Source: Octopus sinensis
Taxonomy: Eukaryota
Direction of reading: 5' to 3'
Length of the DNA stretch: 64,000 nt
NCBI RefSeq assembly: GCF_006345805.1
Contig: NC_043008.1
Coordinates: 58,342,001 to 58,406,000 of the forward strand
Part shown: positions 48,401 through 61,949 of the stretch, one piece after another
How positions within the stretch are numbered: position 1 is the first letter of the stretch
Layout: each line of letters begins with the position of its first letter
Translations under genes and position numbers: made by a program
Notes under the pieces: model-generated
Database searches by the model: none
Seen by the model: only the letters and a program-made list of their open reading frames with translations
What the model was told of the DNA's origin: nothing

Positions 48401-49964
48401 TTATATACAAACATGTATGTATAATCATATTACTTATATATTTGCACTGCGAATGTGCGTGTATATTTATCTACCAGTGTGAGTGAGGACAAAGATTCCT
48501 ATCGTGGTGTAATGAGGTGCATCTCTGTTGTAGCCGCTTGAAAAAGTAGAAGATGAGGAAGAGAATGAGATAGAAGAAAAAGATGTTTAAAATACACGTT
48601 GGTTTTCTAGATTTTCTAGACTTTTTTCACAGCCCTGATAATCTTGTCTACAACAAAATAAATAATACTTATAGCCGTGTAAATACCAAGAGAGTTGAAT
48701 GTTGATTTGCATAAAAAGAAAATAACAAGTTATCATACTGTCCGATCTAGGAAACAGTTATATGTTTAAATATATTTTATATATCTTAATAAATACATTT
48801 TCTTTTGTTCGTTTGTGTTTGATGGCTAGAATGTTAAGTATATTCGTTCAATACGTATCTTGTATCTTCGAAGCTTATTCACTGCACTGAAGTGGAAATG
48901 TTTACTTGTGGGTATTTGTAGAAGGATTTATATCTTATTGTGATGGGGAACAATAATTCATTTTCTCAAGGTTAATCCCGTTTGTACCATTTAGCCGTCA
49001 CTCAGTTTATTACATTGAAATAATTCTCTTATGCGCAAATAAATTGATACCTTAAGGTAAGTATCTGTCACGATTAAAATTAATATGTTGCACCTTCAAT
49101 AAGATTAATACAATTTAGTCAATTACGAACATACACACGGTTTGACAGGTAGGTTTATGTTTTCAGCGAGTAATTTGGCACTTTTTCTTTTATATATATT
49201 TTTTCGTGTTTCGAGGGTCCTTTGCATTCTTGGATTTTTAAAATTCAATAATGGTCTAATCTGAAGAATGATGTTGTATGGTTCTGTTTTTCATATACGA
49301 GGGAGAACATTTGAAGTGACTCTTGAGTATACATTGTATGCTTTATTCCATTATCAATTATAGTTTTGGTTATTGTCTTTAGAGTAACATTTCCTTTAAT
49401 CTTTGAAGTGGTTCATTCTTAGATTCTAAAATAGATCAGTTGAACAGATACTTCCACCCAAAGTAAAAAAATATATTCCTGTATCTTTTGAATGACAGTT
49501 TGAAGTAGATACCAATTTCAATATCAGTGTCTCCTTTCATGACTAAAATGTTCAAAAAACAAAAAAAAAAAAGGCAGTTGATTTACATTTTTGCTGTGTT
49601 CCATTGTAAATTGAATACTACCTTTTAAATTATGAATGAAAATATTTCAACTTAGACTTATCGAGAATGAGTCTTCACTGGATAAAACGATATTATCAAA
49701 TATTCTCCCCTGTCGCCCAATAGATATTTATCGACGTTGCTGCTGTAACTAAATATGGATTTTTAATATATTTGGATTTTAAAGAACACCAAGTATGAAT
49801 TAGCATAAGTTGGGGCAAATGTTGCTTACGTTGCTGCCCTAGATATTTGAAATAGAAATATAATGCAAAATAATAATTTTGCTGAGTAAATTTTTCTCCT
49901 GCATGTAGGTAAATGGTAAGAGCACTTTTCAAGCCAGAATTCCTTGGTCGTAATCTATATTCAT

Positions 49965-50214
49965 GTGGAGGTGCAGGGCTTAGTGGTTAGGGTGTCAGAA
50001 TCATGATCGTAAGGTTGTGGCTTCGATTCCTGGACCGGGTGATGCGTTGTAGTCTTGAGCAAAACACTTCATTTCACGTTGCTCCAGTCCACTCAGCTGG
50101 CAAAAATGAGTAACGCTGCGATGGACTGGCTTCCCGTCTAGCTGGGGAACACATACTCCATAGAAACTGGGAAACCGGGCCCATGAGTCTGACTAGGCTT
50201 TAAAAAGGGCGCAT
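49965..50214 (+). mobile_element. Full-length SINE family D'
   Basis: A and B box head, shared core, gctgcgatggactgg...gaaaccgggcccatgag tail. Confidence 0.9.
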
Positions 50215-51490
50215 AAAAAATAAATCCATATTCATACCAACGTGTACTATGAAAATTCAAATGAAACAACGAGTGTCAGTTGATTTTTTCCAGAAGTTGG
50301 CATAACATATCTAAATCATTTGATATGAAATCCAGTATATGTTTCAAAATACACTTTAAAATGATATTCAAGATATTATAGGGTCCATGAGATGGAACTA
50401 TTTCAATCGGTCTTAATTCAAAATCACCACAAGAGTGTATAGTAATACATTAATATATTCTGTCAGGCATTGGTTTAGAGTTTTTCGCTTTTAGAGTTAT
50501 GTGAGTCCGTAAGAAACATCTTAGATACAGTTCTTAAAGTAATTAAATTCTTTATTTGTTGAACTTTCTTGGAGTAGGGTACTGACATAAATAACATTAT
50601 TAGTTGTGATAGCAAATATCTAATTACATCTTCATAACAAAAAGCATTTTATTTTATTGTAAAATAGTGCTTGGCACAAATGCTGCTATTTTTATTCTGA
50701 TCGGGCGATCCACAAGCGAAACTCAGTCACTGATATTGACTGTTATGCTCAGGATTGTTTCTCTTCGGAATTGTCCATTAGGGAAGGCTAAAGAGCTTGA
50801 AACGCAGGGCTGGGAATCCGCTAGAAGGAAGCACTGAGTAGCTATAGTGTTTTTACAGCCTTTATTAATTTGCCTATAAATTCCAAAATATTTCACTAAT
50901 CTATTTTACCTAACAGAAAGTTCATTTATTCTCCACTACCACTTGATCCTGATGTTGATATATATATATAGATTAAGATGAATATGGTACTTAAGTTGAG
51001 GCACCAGAATTTAGTACGGTATTTTCCATACAATTTCAAAGTTAGGTGATTAAAATCAAAATAAGCAGCAAGGATATCCCGAGGTAATGCAGTACGATCG
51101 TTTCATGCAACTACATTTAATTGAACAATGCAGTCATTACATCAATTTAAAATGTAGAACAATCTTCAGCTGCGCAATGACATAGAATTTAATTAAATTT
51201 GGACAAATGGACACATTAATATAATTATACTTAAAATCTCCAAGAAGTTAAGGAGATAGACAAAGAACATGCTGTCTCACTCCAGCATAGAAGTTACAAT
51301 CTCCTTAACGGGAGGGTGTTATGGTTCAAGTTGAAACATCTGATGAACTTTGGATACCGTCTGACAACATCAGTTCTTCCTGGCTAAGGCTCCATTCTCT
51401 TTGGTGAATGGATAAAGCACCGCCTTATAGGTGTTATTAACACATACACACACACATATATATATACGCATATATATTTGCTTGTATATG

Positions 51491-51547
<57 letters not shown>

Positions 51548-52324
51548 AAGATGGACGCACGCGCCCATACATGTGTGTATCTATACACATTTATGCGTAT
51601 GTATGAGTGTCTGTGTACAAATGCAGTACTCGCATACATATATCTACAACTCATGCCACTGTAAAACTTAATCAAAGGAGATAAAATAGTATTACTTTAT
51701 ACGGTAAACTTTAAATAATTAAAACGCTGGAATATGTTTAAAGCAAAGCAAAGAACCTAAAACATACTTTTTCGATTCAGTGATACGAATAACAAGATCA
51801 AAGTAAGGCGATATCTACATCATTAAATAAGCGATATGAAACCATCTGATTTCGAATAATAGTCAACGTGGAAGGTCTATTAATTATTTGATTGGAGCTT
51901 GTATTCAGAAGTGAATTTCAATTAACCCCAATAACATGATCAAAGCTTTTAGTTTATTTTCTGATTGAAAGAGAACAAATATCAAACAAATACCGAAGGA
52001 TAACTAATATTTTATGCCAGCAAAATTTGTTCAACAAAATTTCGAAACTAAAACATGAATGAAAAATAGAGGAGTAGAGGAGTAGCTGTAATGCCAGGAG
52101 GAAAGGATGCTGCAGCCCGAAATCTTGTTGAACTAAGCAAAATAATCACAGAAAATATTCATCAGGATAATCACATTTTTCATTTTCAGAGAAATTTCGG
52201 TAAAAACTTAAGCCTCGCAACCTTGTTCCAAACCATTTCTTGTCGATTTGTACTTATTGCTAGATGGTTTGTATGAAGATTGTAAAATAAATTAAATGAA
52301 ATAATGTAGAATTACGCTTATCGT

Positions 52325-52570
52325 GATCCCTAAGACTCACGAGGATAGAGTTTCATTCGGTTTTAATGGTGTATTAAGTAAATGAGATGATAACGATCCC
52401 CACCAGTGAACAAGAGGCCGGTTCGTTGCCAAGTTGAGTCCCTAAATATTTCTGGAACCCATTTAAAGCTAGGGTAATGTGAAATGAAGTGTTTTGCTCA
52501 GGAAAATAACTCACCTGAGAATTGAAACAGATCTTACGATAATGAGTTCAATATTCTAACCACGTGTTTA
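52325..52570 (-). mobile_element. Degenerate SINE (family E-like)
   Basis: aatgtgaaatgaagtgttttgctcagg core and acaagaggccgg segment similar to 33185-33509. Confidence 0.5.
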
Positions 52571-53203
52571 TATGCCTTTTCGTGTTAAAAGAGAAGAATA
52601 GGATTCCGGCAAATTTTAAAACTTCATATAGAAACTGAAATAAAATGCAGAAATCGCATTATATACTCTAGAAGAATGTCAGAATTACCTTATGATTATG
52701 GATGATTTCAGCGTCGTTTGCGAAGCGATGATCCAGTGTGTTCATATTACTAATTTTGCAGTCACCCATTTCTTACATATAAAAATGGAAGCAGCTGAAC
52801 GTCTATATTTTTAAAAATGTGACACTAAAAGACTGCGGCAGCTGACCTGTTTATACCAGATTCAAAATGACAATCATGACCACCGACACGAAACCACCGT
52901 AAAAAATAGATCTAGGGTGGTCACCACTAACATCCACACCAATGTCTTTTTATTTAATGTCAAAGGACACTGTTGGGGATTGAGAAAATTATGTAATATT
53001 CTCAAGAAAAAAGAGCAGAAAACGAACCCAGTAATATAGAAAATATAAGATGAGCCGGAGAGGTTGTGCATTGTAGCGAAAGATCAAACTTTCAAGAATA
53101 TATCTCTCTTAATGAAACCCCCAAAAGATAAATGAAATACGAAATAAACGTTCGTTGTTTTTCTCCTTTGTTTTCGTTTTTTATCTGTTTATTTGAATTG
53201 ACA

Positions 53204-53236
<33 letters not shown>

Positions 53237-54149
53237 CGTGTGAGGGTCTTCGACTAAGTCGATCATGGGATGATATATCAAACCACCTGATCTCGGCGAA
53301 GTCAGAAACTGGGGAAAATGGCTGCATAACCTTTTACAAAGCAAAAATTCTGGAAGTTGTGAACAATGTGGTCATCTTACAAGAAACAATAACAGTAAGC
53401 GGAGTCACTGTTGTTCATAGTAGCTCTTTTGCAAAAATACTTTAAGCTATTCAGACTAGATGTATAGGTGATAAAAATCCCCTGGAACATGATAAAAAAA
53501 AACATGCAACATGACTTAAATGCTATATACGAGTGAGTTGGGAAAAATGAAATACAATTTAGTGTTGAAAATTCAAGGGCCTCTTCTATCAGCACATAAA
53601 ATTAACTGCCATGCACCCACGGTATGCTCGACTAGAAGGGACAGCTATCCCAGTTTTACTCGTAGTGCAAGGCCTTGGCATTAACATTATTAATGGTGCA
53701 TTAACATTAACATTATTAATTAACATTATTAATGGTGCAGGTTTTCATGTGCAGATTAGCAATTGAATGGCAATAGAATATTGACGGCTAGCTAGATGCA
53801 TTCTAAGAAATTTAAGATTAAGAGAGTAACAAACAATTATAGTCTACTAGAATCTAGACGGTTGAAGATTAATGTCTTCTAGTTTATAGAAGATATTTGT
53901 ATTCAGCCATCTAGATTATAACTCCTAATTGTGGTCACTACATAGTGCAAGATTAATGGTAGAATTGGAAGCTTTCCAACGCTGCTACACGAAAATTGTC
54001 TCATTACATCAGATCATTTACTTGGTAAAGCCTGAAAAAGTTGAGTGAAGAAGGAAAATATGTAGTATTATGTGTGAAAGATCCTGGAAGAACCTGTCCC
54101 AGACTTCGGCATTGAAAATGATGCTAATTCATGAGCTGGGTGCTAGTAC

Positions 54150-54410
54150 ATAGTAGCAGATACCACCCTTGTTACCCAGATTTCGGACTTGATACTGCAA
54201 TAGCTTAGGACTCAAAGGACCCCAGTTTTTCAATATCATGCCGAAAGACTTAAAATACTTAAGAGATCTACATGGTGTAGATATAGACGTCTTTAAAGCG
54301 TAACTGGACATTCTAATGTCTAGAATTGCAGTTAATCCTACCTCAGTGCAAGAAACACAACTAAGGGTGACAAGTTCGAACATCAACTGCTGATTAAAGA
54401 AAGATAATCA
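54150..54410 (+). mobile_element. CR1/L2-like LINE ORF2 C-terminal fragment
   Basis: YCNSLGLKGPQFFNIMPKDL...LHGVDIDVFKA*LDILMS resembles the GPxLFNxLP...FKxxLD terminus of these LINEs. Confidence 0.65.
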
Positions 54411-54588
54411 GTAAAAGCAAACCAACACCAATGACAATACATCAGAATGGCCAGAGCTTACGGGTTGAAGGAAGAAAAACATTAAAGACAAATATAAAAA
54501 TACATATTCCACACACACACACGCACATACATACATACATACATACATACATACATACATACATACATACATACATACAAATATATAT

Positions 54589-54630
<42 letters not shown>

Positions 54631-55084
54631 AGGTTATAAGAGGTAATGGTGTCGGTGACATCCAAAGTTGTCAGGTAATGCTGAATAAGTGCTATGAATA
54701 GACCATAGTTAAGTTCCAGGTTCGGTGATTATACGAATAAGGGGTCCAACTTAGGTCATATATCAGCGTGTGCATATAAAATGTTTTTTCGTAATGAGAT
54801 AACAAACCAAGTATATATATATCAACACACACATTCATACACACACGCTCAATTGTAAATAGAAAAGAAGTGCTTTTGAGAGAACGTTTTTAAATATGTG
54901 CATATATGTATGATGTATAATATATATACATATATAGAGATATATAGAGAGAGAGGGGAACAGGGAAGCGAGAGAGGGAGCGAAAATTCAGTTTTCTGTG
55001 GTTCATTAATTGAAAATTCGTCACAATCTTTCACTAAATTATATTTTAAAATAGAAACTGCACAGTGACTCGGGCACGTTTCTC

Positions 55085-55226
<142 letters not shown>

Positions 55227-55618
55227 TGTCCCTTTAAATCTATCGTCATTAAAAGTACATTTGTTACAGATAATTTAAAAGGTAATGAAATTGACTAAAT
55301 ACAGATTCACAATTACAGAAATACATTGTAGCATATTTTGAATTTGTTTTTTTTTACAACGTCCGTTAACACAAATATTTATTCGAAATTAAAATGTATT
55401 TCTTTGCTTCTTTCTATGGCTTTACGGTTAAGAGTAACAAACTAAAACAAACCAAAACGAAAAAGAGGAGTACGAAAATAAATTGATGATGATGATGTGA
55501 TAAATAATATGCATGATAAAAATATGATAAATAATACTAAAATATCACTAATGCCGGTTCAGTTAAAGATTAAATAACACGTCAAATGGACAAGCATTTA
55601 GGGCTTAAGATACGTGTA

Positions 55619-55827
55619 CAAGGGTCACTGAAAAGTTCCTGGTTTTAAGTGTATCGCGAAAGGCGTGGGTGAAAGCCCAACCTTCTGAGTTCTTGTATAG
55701 GGTTTAGAAAAAAACTGAAGGACCGTTGCAATGAGAGCGTGAATCTGAGAGATATTATGACGAATAAAATCATAATTAACTGATCCTCCTGTATTTCCAA
55801 AGGCAGGAACTTATGAGCACTCTTTCG
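55619..55827 (+). mobile_element. Mariner-derived MITE or deletion derivative
   Basis: Imperfect TIRs caagggtcactgaaaagttcctggtttt and aaaggcaggaacttatgagcactctttcg with TA flanks; the interior resembles a transposase C-terminus. Confidence 0.65.
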
Positions 55828-56153
55828 TAGCATTTAAGGTAGTGGATCATGGCACACAGAAAACCTCATAGAGTAGCTTTTAATAAAAGGGATTAAGGAA
55901 ACAGGTTATTTCTTACTGACTTTAATTTATCAGATGATAATATTTAAATCAATTTGACAAAATTAATGTATAGATATAAGTTAGTGCTCTTAAGACTTTA
56001 GAGAGGAACAAGTATGCCACTAATAATTCTGTCTAATTTTGGCACAGGGGAATTAATTTTGAGGTGAGGGAAGCAGGTAGATTTATTTGACCACAGTGCT
56101 CAAATGCTACGTAATTTATTGACCCCGAAAGAATCAAAGGCAAAGCGAAACTC

Positions 56154-56565
56154 GGCGTAGGAGTGGCTGTGTGGTAAGTAGCTTCATTGCCAACCACATG
56201 GTTCCGGGTTCAGTCCCACTGCGTGGCACCGTGGGCAAGTGTTTTCTACCGAAGCCTCGAGACGACCAAAGCCTTGTGAGTGAATTTGGTAGACAGAAAC
56301 TGAAAGAAGCCCGTCGTATATATGCATATATATGTGTATGTATGTGCGTGCATATGTTTGAGTGTCTGTGTTTGTCCCCTCAACATCGCTTGATAACTGA
56401 TGCTGGTGTGTTTACGTCCCCGTAACTTAGTGGTTCGGCAAAAGAAACCGATAGAATAAGTACTAGGCTTACAAAGAATAATTCCTGGGGTCAATCCGCT
56501 CGACTAAAAGCGGTGTTCCAGCATGGCCACAGTAAAATGACTGAAACAAGTAAAAGAGTAAGAGT
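56154..56565 (+). mobile_element. Full-length SINE family B, preceded by a minus-strand family A fragment (56090-56155)
   Basis: ggcgtaggagtggctgtgtggtaag head through gaaacaagtaaaagagtaagag tail. Confidence 0.93.
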
Positions 56566-56938
56566 ATCTATTATGACTCAATAACCATATTGACTATAAA
56601 CATAAGCATCTAACAATAATAATTAGCATAGGTCTTGTGAAGTAATTAATATTTTTAAAATGCATACAACGATTATTGAGAGAAACCAAAGTAAGATTTT
56701 CACATTTGTTTAAAGTACTGTTAGTTTTACTGAAGCATGTCATTGCTCTTTCTTTTCAAACCGTATGTTCAAGACGAGTTCTATTCGAAATGTCAATTAT
56801 TCTGTACGTAAATACTAAGGACGTTTTCTCTTTCTCTCGATTCCTAAAATACCAAAGTTATATGAAGATAAAAGATGAATAAGAAAACATTCCGTTAATT
56901 GTATCTTTGATATTAATAAAATGTCACTCATTATAATA

Positions 56939-58218
56939 TCAGGTCATCACATAAGTTCTGTCCGAATTTTGAATAAAGAAAACAAGTGATCAAATGTTGA
57001 AATTTAATCATCAATGTACTTTCTCTGATTATCTGTGACTTACTTCTATCTATTTACAAGATTTTTAATCCCATCAATGATGTATAATATATATATATAA
57101 CTCTCGGTTTCAAAGCGAAGAACTCTCAAATGTCAGTTTCGACCTCCTCCTGGCTTGCGAAAGTTATGTCTCCCAAATGATTCTGTAAACTACAAAACAA
57201 ATGGTAGTCTTGAAGGAGCAAGGTCGGGAGAATAAGGTGGATGAGAACTTTTTCCCAACCAATCTCTTCGATCTCCTGTGATGTGATCTTTGCAGTGTGG
57301 GGTCGCGCATCGTCCTGATGAAACATCGCTCCTTTTCGATTGACTAAGGCGATCTTTTTTGTTTCAAAGCTTGGCTCAAACGGTCTAATTGCTGACAATA
57401 GACTTGAGCATTGATTGTTGCATTAGGTGGTAACAATTCAAAGTGAATTACTCCTTTGCAATCTCACCAAATAGCGAGAAGAACCTTTTCCTATGAAGTT
57501 CCCTTCTCGGTTGTCGTTGAACCTTTTCCCTTTTACCAAGCCACTGTTTACGATGTTTAACATTTCGATAGCAGATCCAGGTTTCGTCACCAGCCACAGG
57601 TCTACCCAAAAAGGGTGAAATGAGTTCACGAGAATGGAGAGAAGAGCAGATGTCAACTCGGGATTTGCGGTTGCTTTCGGTCAATTCATGGGGCACCCAT
57701 TTTCCAAGTTTAGGAACCTTTCCAAGTTGTTGAAGATGACGATGTATGGTTTGAACTAAGCTTTATTGCCAATTCTTCAACTGATAATGCAGGATTTTCT
57801 TCAAGTAATGCCCCAAGGAGCTTATAATCAAACTCAACTGGACGTCTTGTTCGATCTTCAGCTTCAAGGCTGAAATCTCCACTTTTGAATTTTACAAACC
57901 ATCTTCTGCAAGTTCTTTCATTCAAGCATTCCTTCCTATAAACTGAGTGTATGTTTCGAGTTGCTTCGGCTGCAGAGTTTCCTTTTTTGTACTCCTAAAG
58001 CATTATGTGCCTCAAATGCTCTTTGGATACTTCCATGTTAGAAAGAGTTTAAATCAAAGAAATTTTAATTGTATTATTCTGTAAAATAATATTTATTAGT
58101 TTAAATGTACACAAATGCATAAAAATAATTTTAATTCCATTAGGCATTCTAAAATACCATTAAATTTTATTTAACTTTAAAAAAGGTAAAATCGGACAGA
58201 ACTTATGGGATGACCTGG
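56939..58218 (-). mobile_element. Full-length (1280 bp) decayed mariner element (DD34D type)
   Basis: About 30-bp TIRs tcaggtcatcacataagttctgtccga and tcggacagaacttatgggatgacctgg with TA flanks. ATG at 58036 (MEVSKEHLRHIML*EYKKG); GDETW, HQDDARPH and YHLF motifs; stops and frameshifts. Confidence 0.95.
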
Positions 58219-58619
58219 TATATCTGATCCTCAATTTACAGGTTCAATTATGCTAAAGGTTCTTAAAAAAGACAAAATAGTGAAATACATGATTAGCTTC
58301 AACTAGAAATTGTAAGAACTTCGTAATAGATCAAATAAACTGTGAACTCTTTCTGTCTTTTTCGCATTCCTTGATTACAAATTCAAATTTCTGATCCTGC
58401 CTCCTGCTGTATGGAGATAGTTAACTCCCTCGTATGAACAACTTTATATCTAGAGGATGGCTCAAAGTTTTCTTGAAACATAACGTCAATGGAAATGGTT
58501 GTTGTAGATGTTATTGCTGGCATTCTTACCTATAAATCATAAAAGGGACTCTCATAACCATATACAGTTTCGAAACATCCGCTGAAGACTTCATAAGCTT
58601 GTTTTATGTTTATCTAGAT

Positions 58620-58965
58620 TACTGGTTCTCAACCACGGCCCTTGTGGGTCCATATAAGATTTTGGGGGTTCACACAACAAAATAGTAAATTGCAGAGCCA
58701 CAAATATTGGGGCATTTAGAATACAATAGTATTCTAAAGGCCCTAGAAAACAATTGCTTCAGGTGTATGTATTGGTATGTATTGCAAGAAACCACTTGAT
58801 TTCTTTCTTTATCGTTTTACATAGTTCAACTTAAGCAAGAGAAAAGTAATAGGGATTTTGAAAGAAGTTTCTATAAAACTAGTGTTTAGATATCGAATGG
58901 CAATGGGGATCCGCCAAAATAAAATATAAATCAAAGGGGTCCATAGATAAAAAAAAATGGTTGAC
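58620..58965. mobile_element. Degenerate hAT-type MITE
   Basis: Left end ctggttctcaacc resembles the CAGTGGTTCTCAAC hAT TIR; the right end aatggttga is only partial. Confidence 0.45.
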
Positions 58966-59064
58966 CTAGTCTACGTAGTAATTGTATTCCTGTTAAATCT
59001 ACGTCTATAAAACCATTCAACTTTGTACTTCTAGGTCAGGAAACATTAGTCAATTGCTAATAAT

Positions 59065-59287
59065 AAATATTGATTTCAAATTTTGGCACAAGGCCAGAAA
59101 TTCCGGTGGTGGGAGTACCTCGATTACATCGACCCAAGTATTCAAATGGTACTTATTTTATCAACAACGAAAAGATGGAAGACAAAGTCAATCCCGATGG
59201 AATTTGAACTCAGAACGCGAAGACGAACGAAATGCCGCTAAGCAAGTTGCCCAACGCGCTAAAGATTTCGCTGGCTCGCTGCCTTAT
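59065..59287 (-). mobile_element. SINE family A (tail type 2)
   Basis: Reverse-complement core and head. Confidence 0.85.
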
Positions 59288-60761
59288 CTAATTATAAATA
59301 TTACAATTATAAGGATGAAGCAGTTTGTGTGGTTCCTACTTTCAAGTGTTTGAACTAATCAGGTGAAAACTATGTTAGCTATTTAAGTAATATTGTGTAA
59401 GAAATTGAAAGCAAAGAATGTACGTACAAATCACAGGTCGCACCCGTTCTCTTTTGTTATATGACTTCATTAGAATGATTTCTCGCTGAGATACACAAAA
59501 CAACTGATTTGTAGAGAGAAAAGAACATCATTATAAAGTATTCAAGAGTATTAAAGAGAATTAAATCTATTGGTAATTGACCCAGCACAGCGCAAGTGAT
59601 AGGAAACAAAGTAAAGAATCCATTACATCAGTTAGCTGACAATCATATTCTTATGGTAAGAGCATCATTTTAAACAAAACGACTTGCTTGTTTTGTTTCA
59701 AATATCCGGCCACTTCTGGCTTACAAAGCATAAAACGGCAAAATATTGGTATTTCCGTTTCCGTTGCACCAATGAGCCGCGTGTTTTATGAACGCATTGC
59801 ATTCGTAAAAGGGAGTAGTTGTTTGCCTGTACCGGACACAACAACGACTAAAACATTTGTGTTCGAATCTAGAAGGATGTATCATGAATACACATACAAA
59901 TCATCGTTTCAGATATCGTTGTTCCCATTGCAAGTAAAGATTTTTATCGGTTGACAGATATCAGCACTGATCAGAAAATTTGTTTGTTCGCAGGAATTAA
60001 AAACACAGACACTGAATTTTGAGGTTCAAAAGTCCTTGTACATCTGACGTAATGCAACATGTGGAGACATTGATATCCCAAATTCGTTCGTTTAGACTAG
60101 TGAGCCGAATGTGTTATAAATATATTATCCTGATAAAAGGGAAACGTTACTCTCCTGTGACGTACACAACAACGACAATCATATTTGCGTTCGTATCTGC
60201 CAGAACGTATTAAGAAAAAACATACAGATCATCGTTTCATTTTAATATTAGCTTCGAATGAAGCATACAAGACATATCAGCAGCATTGATTTACAGTAAC
60301 CAATTCCTATGAAAAATAAAATAGTTTTAAAAAATCAACAAATAGATGTAGCATATTTCAACATTTTTATGATCCAGAATTGAAATTTACCTAAAAACAG
60401 AACATATTTGACTATCAGAAAACTAGACAATATTGCACTAAATAAAAATAATCGCATAATTTCATGAATTTATATGATTTTCACAAGAGAAACGTTACTG
60501 CATTTCTATGATATTATATATTAAAAAAGAGAATAACTTATTGCAGGACAAAATTTTATGCAACTAAAATTTGAGTGTAGATAAATTTGTTTTTTGACTT
60601 GATAGAACGACAACTATGCTGCGCTATTTTGTAAGAATATTAGCAATGTAAGAGCAGCAGAGAGACAGGTTTAACTGTGGGTTGAGCCAATTCTCAATCT
60701 CATATCGTTCAGAAGGACATGCCACAGGTGGGGGAAATGCGAAAAGGATATATATAGTAAA

Positions 60762-60913
60762 GGCGCAGGGATGGGTTTGTGGTTAAGAAGTTAGTTTTGC
60801 AATTATGTGCTTTAGAGTTCAGTCATATTGCGCGTCATTTTGGGCAACTGATCGGATATCTTAAGCCATCAGACTGAAATTGGTAGACAGAAACTGTGTG
60901 GAGGCTCGTGATA

Positions 60914-60915
<2 letters not shown>
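60762..60915 (+). mobile_element. SINE family B, 5' half (diverged)
   Basis: ggcgcagggatgggtttgtggttaagaag...ttggtagacagaaactg ending in (TA)n. Confidence 0.7.
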
Positions 60916-60954
<39 letters not shown>

Positions 60955-60956
<2 letters not shown>

Positions 60957-61484
60957 TCTATAATTATAAGCATAATTCTAATTAGGGTTCAGAAAAATTT
61001 GCTTCACTACATACCGAAATTTAGAAATAGCAGTTAAATACTATTCCACTACCATAAGATATCTCCCGGATAGCAATACTGCCAACTCATGCAGGTAAAC
61101 AGAAAAATAACGAATCCATCCGGCTTTGATAAACTATATACGCGTTTCTGGATTAAAGACATGTAAAATTTAATTTTCACTCACTTATTTCCATTTTCAG
61201 TATAGTATTTCAATTATAAATCTGAGAGTACTAATAATTAAATATGCATTTGACCAAGAACCATCGCACAGCTAATATCCCAAAACAAGTACTTCTGAAT
61301 TTATACAGACACTCACGTGTGCTACGAGTAATCCCGCAGAAACTGCAGCTTACTATCAGGGAGTGAATTATATTATCAATAATAATAAAGGGTAAAATTA
61401 ATTAATCAATTAATAATTATTAATTTTACCAAGTAGTTCAGTATGTTAAAAGAACCATTATCGGTAACCTTATACAAAGGTATG

Positions 61485-61487
<3 letters not shown>
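60955..61487 (-). mobile_element. Single (TA)n-flanked unit homologous to the 590-bp array repeat
   Basis: Shared blocks cataccgaa(a)tttagaaatagcagt(c/t)aaa and aagggt(g/a)aaattaattaat...accaagtagt, with a hammerhead at the homologous position. Confidence 0.8.
61133..61206 (-). ncRNA. Type I hammerhead ribozyme with G8-to-A core change (probably inactive)
   Basis: Stem I ACTATA/TATAGT; CTGAAAA; 45-nt stem II closed by TGGA/TCCA; GAAAC-GC-GTA with palindromic ACGCGT. Confidence 0.75.
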
Positions 61488-61524
<37 letters not shown>

Positions 61525-61534
61525 AAAAGGTCAT

Positions 61535-61840
61535 GAATGACCATGGGATTGCACTTAGAAAGTTACCCTCCTAGACACAAGTCCGGGCAAGGTTGTTTAT
61601 GGAAGACCAGCAGTCGCCCATGCATACCAGCCTCCCCTCTCCACGCCACCAGTGTTATCCAAGGGAAAGACGAAGGTCGATACAGCTTGGCACCAGTGCC
61701 GTCGCAACTCATTTCTACAGCTGAGTGAACTGGAGCAACGTGAAATAAAGTGCCTTGCTCAAGAACACAACACGCAGCCCGGTCCGGGATTCGAGCTCAC
61801 AACCTCACGATCGTAAGCTCGACGCTCTAACCACTGAGCC
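61535..61840 (-). mobile_element. SINE family C
   Basis: Reverse complement of 3664-3977. Confidence 0.93.
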
Positions 61841-61913
61841 ATATATATATATATATATATATACATATATACATATTATTGATTATATATTATATATATT
61901 GATAATAATAATG

Positions 61914-61949
<36 letters not shown>

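Noticed and set aside
48475-48536. Possible 62-nt minus-strand exon after a pyrimidine-rich tract
   Set aside because: AAG acceptor and weak GTAGAT donor; the peptide is not recognised.
50697-50728. CTGATCGG-gc..gc-GAAAC-tca-GTC hammerhead-like string
   Set aside because: The 5' core is not CTGANGA and there is no stem I pairing.
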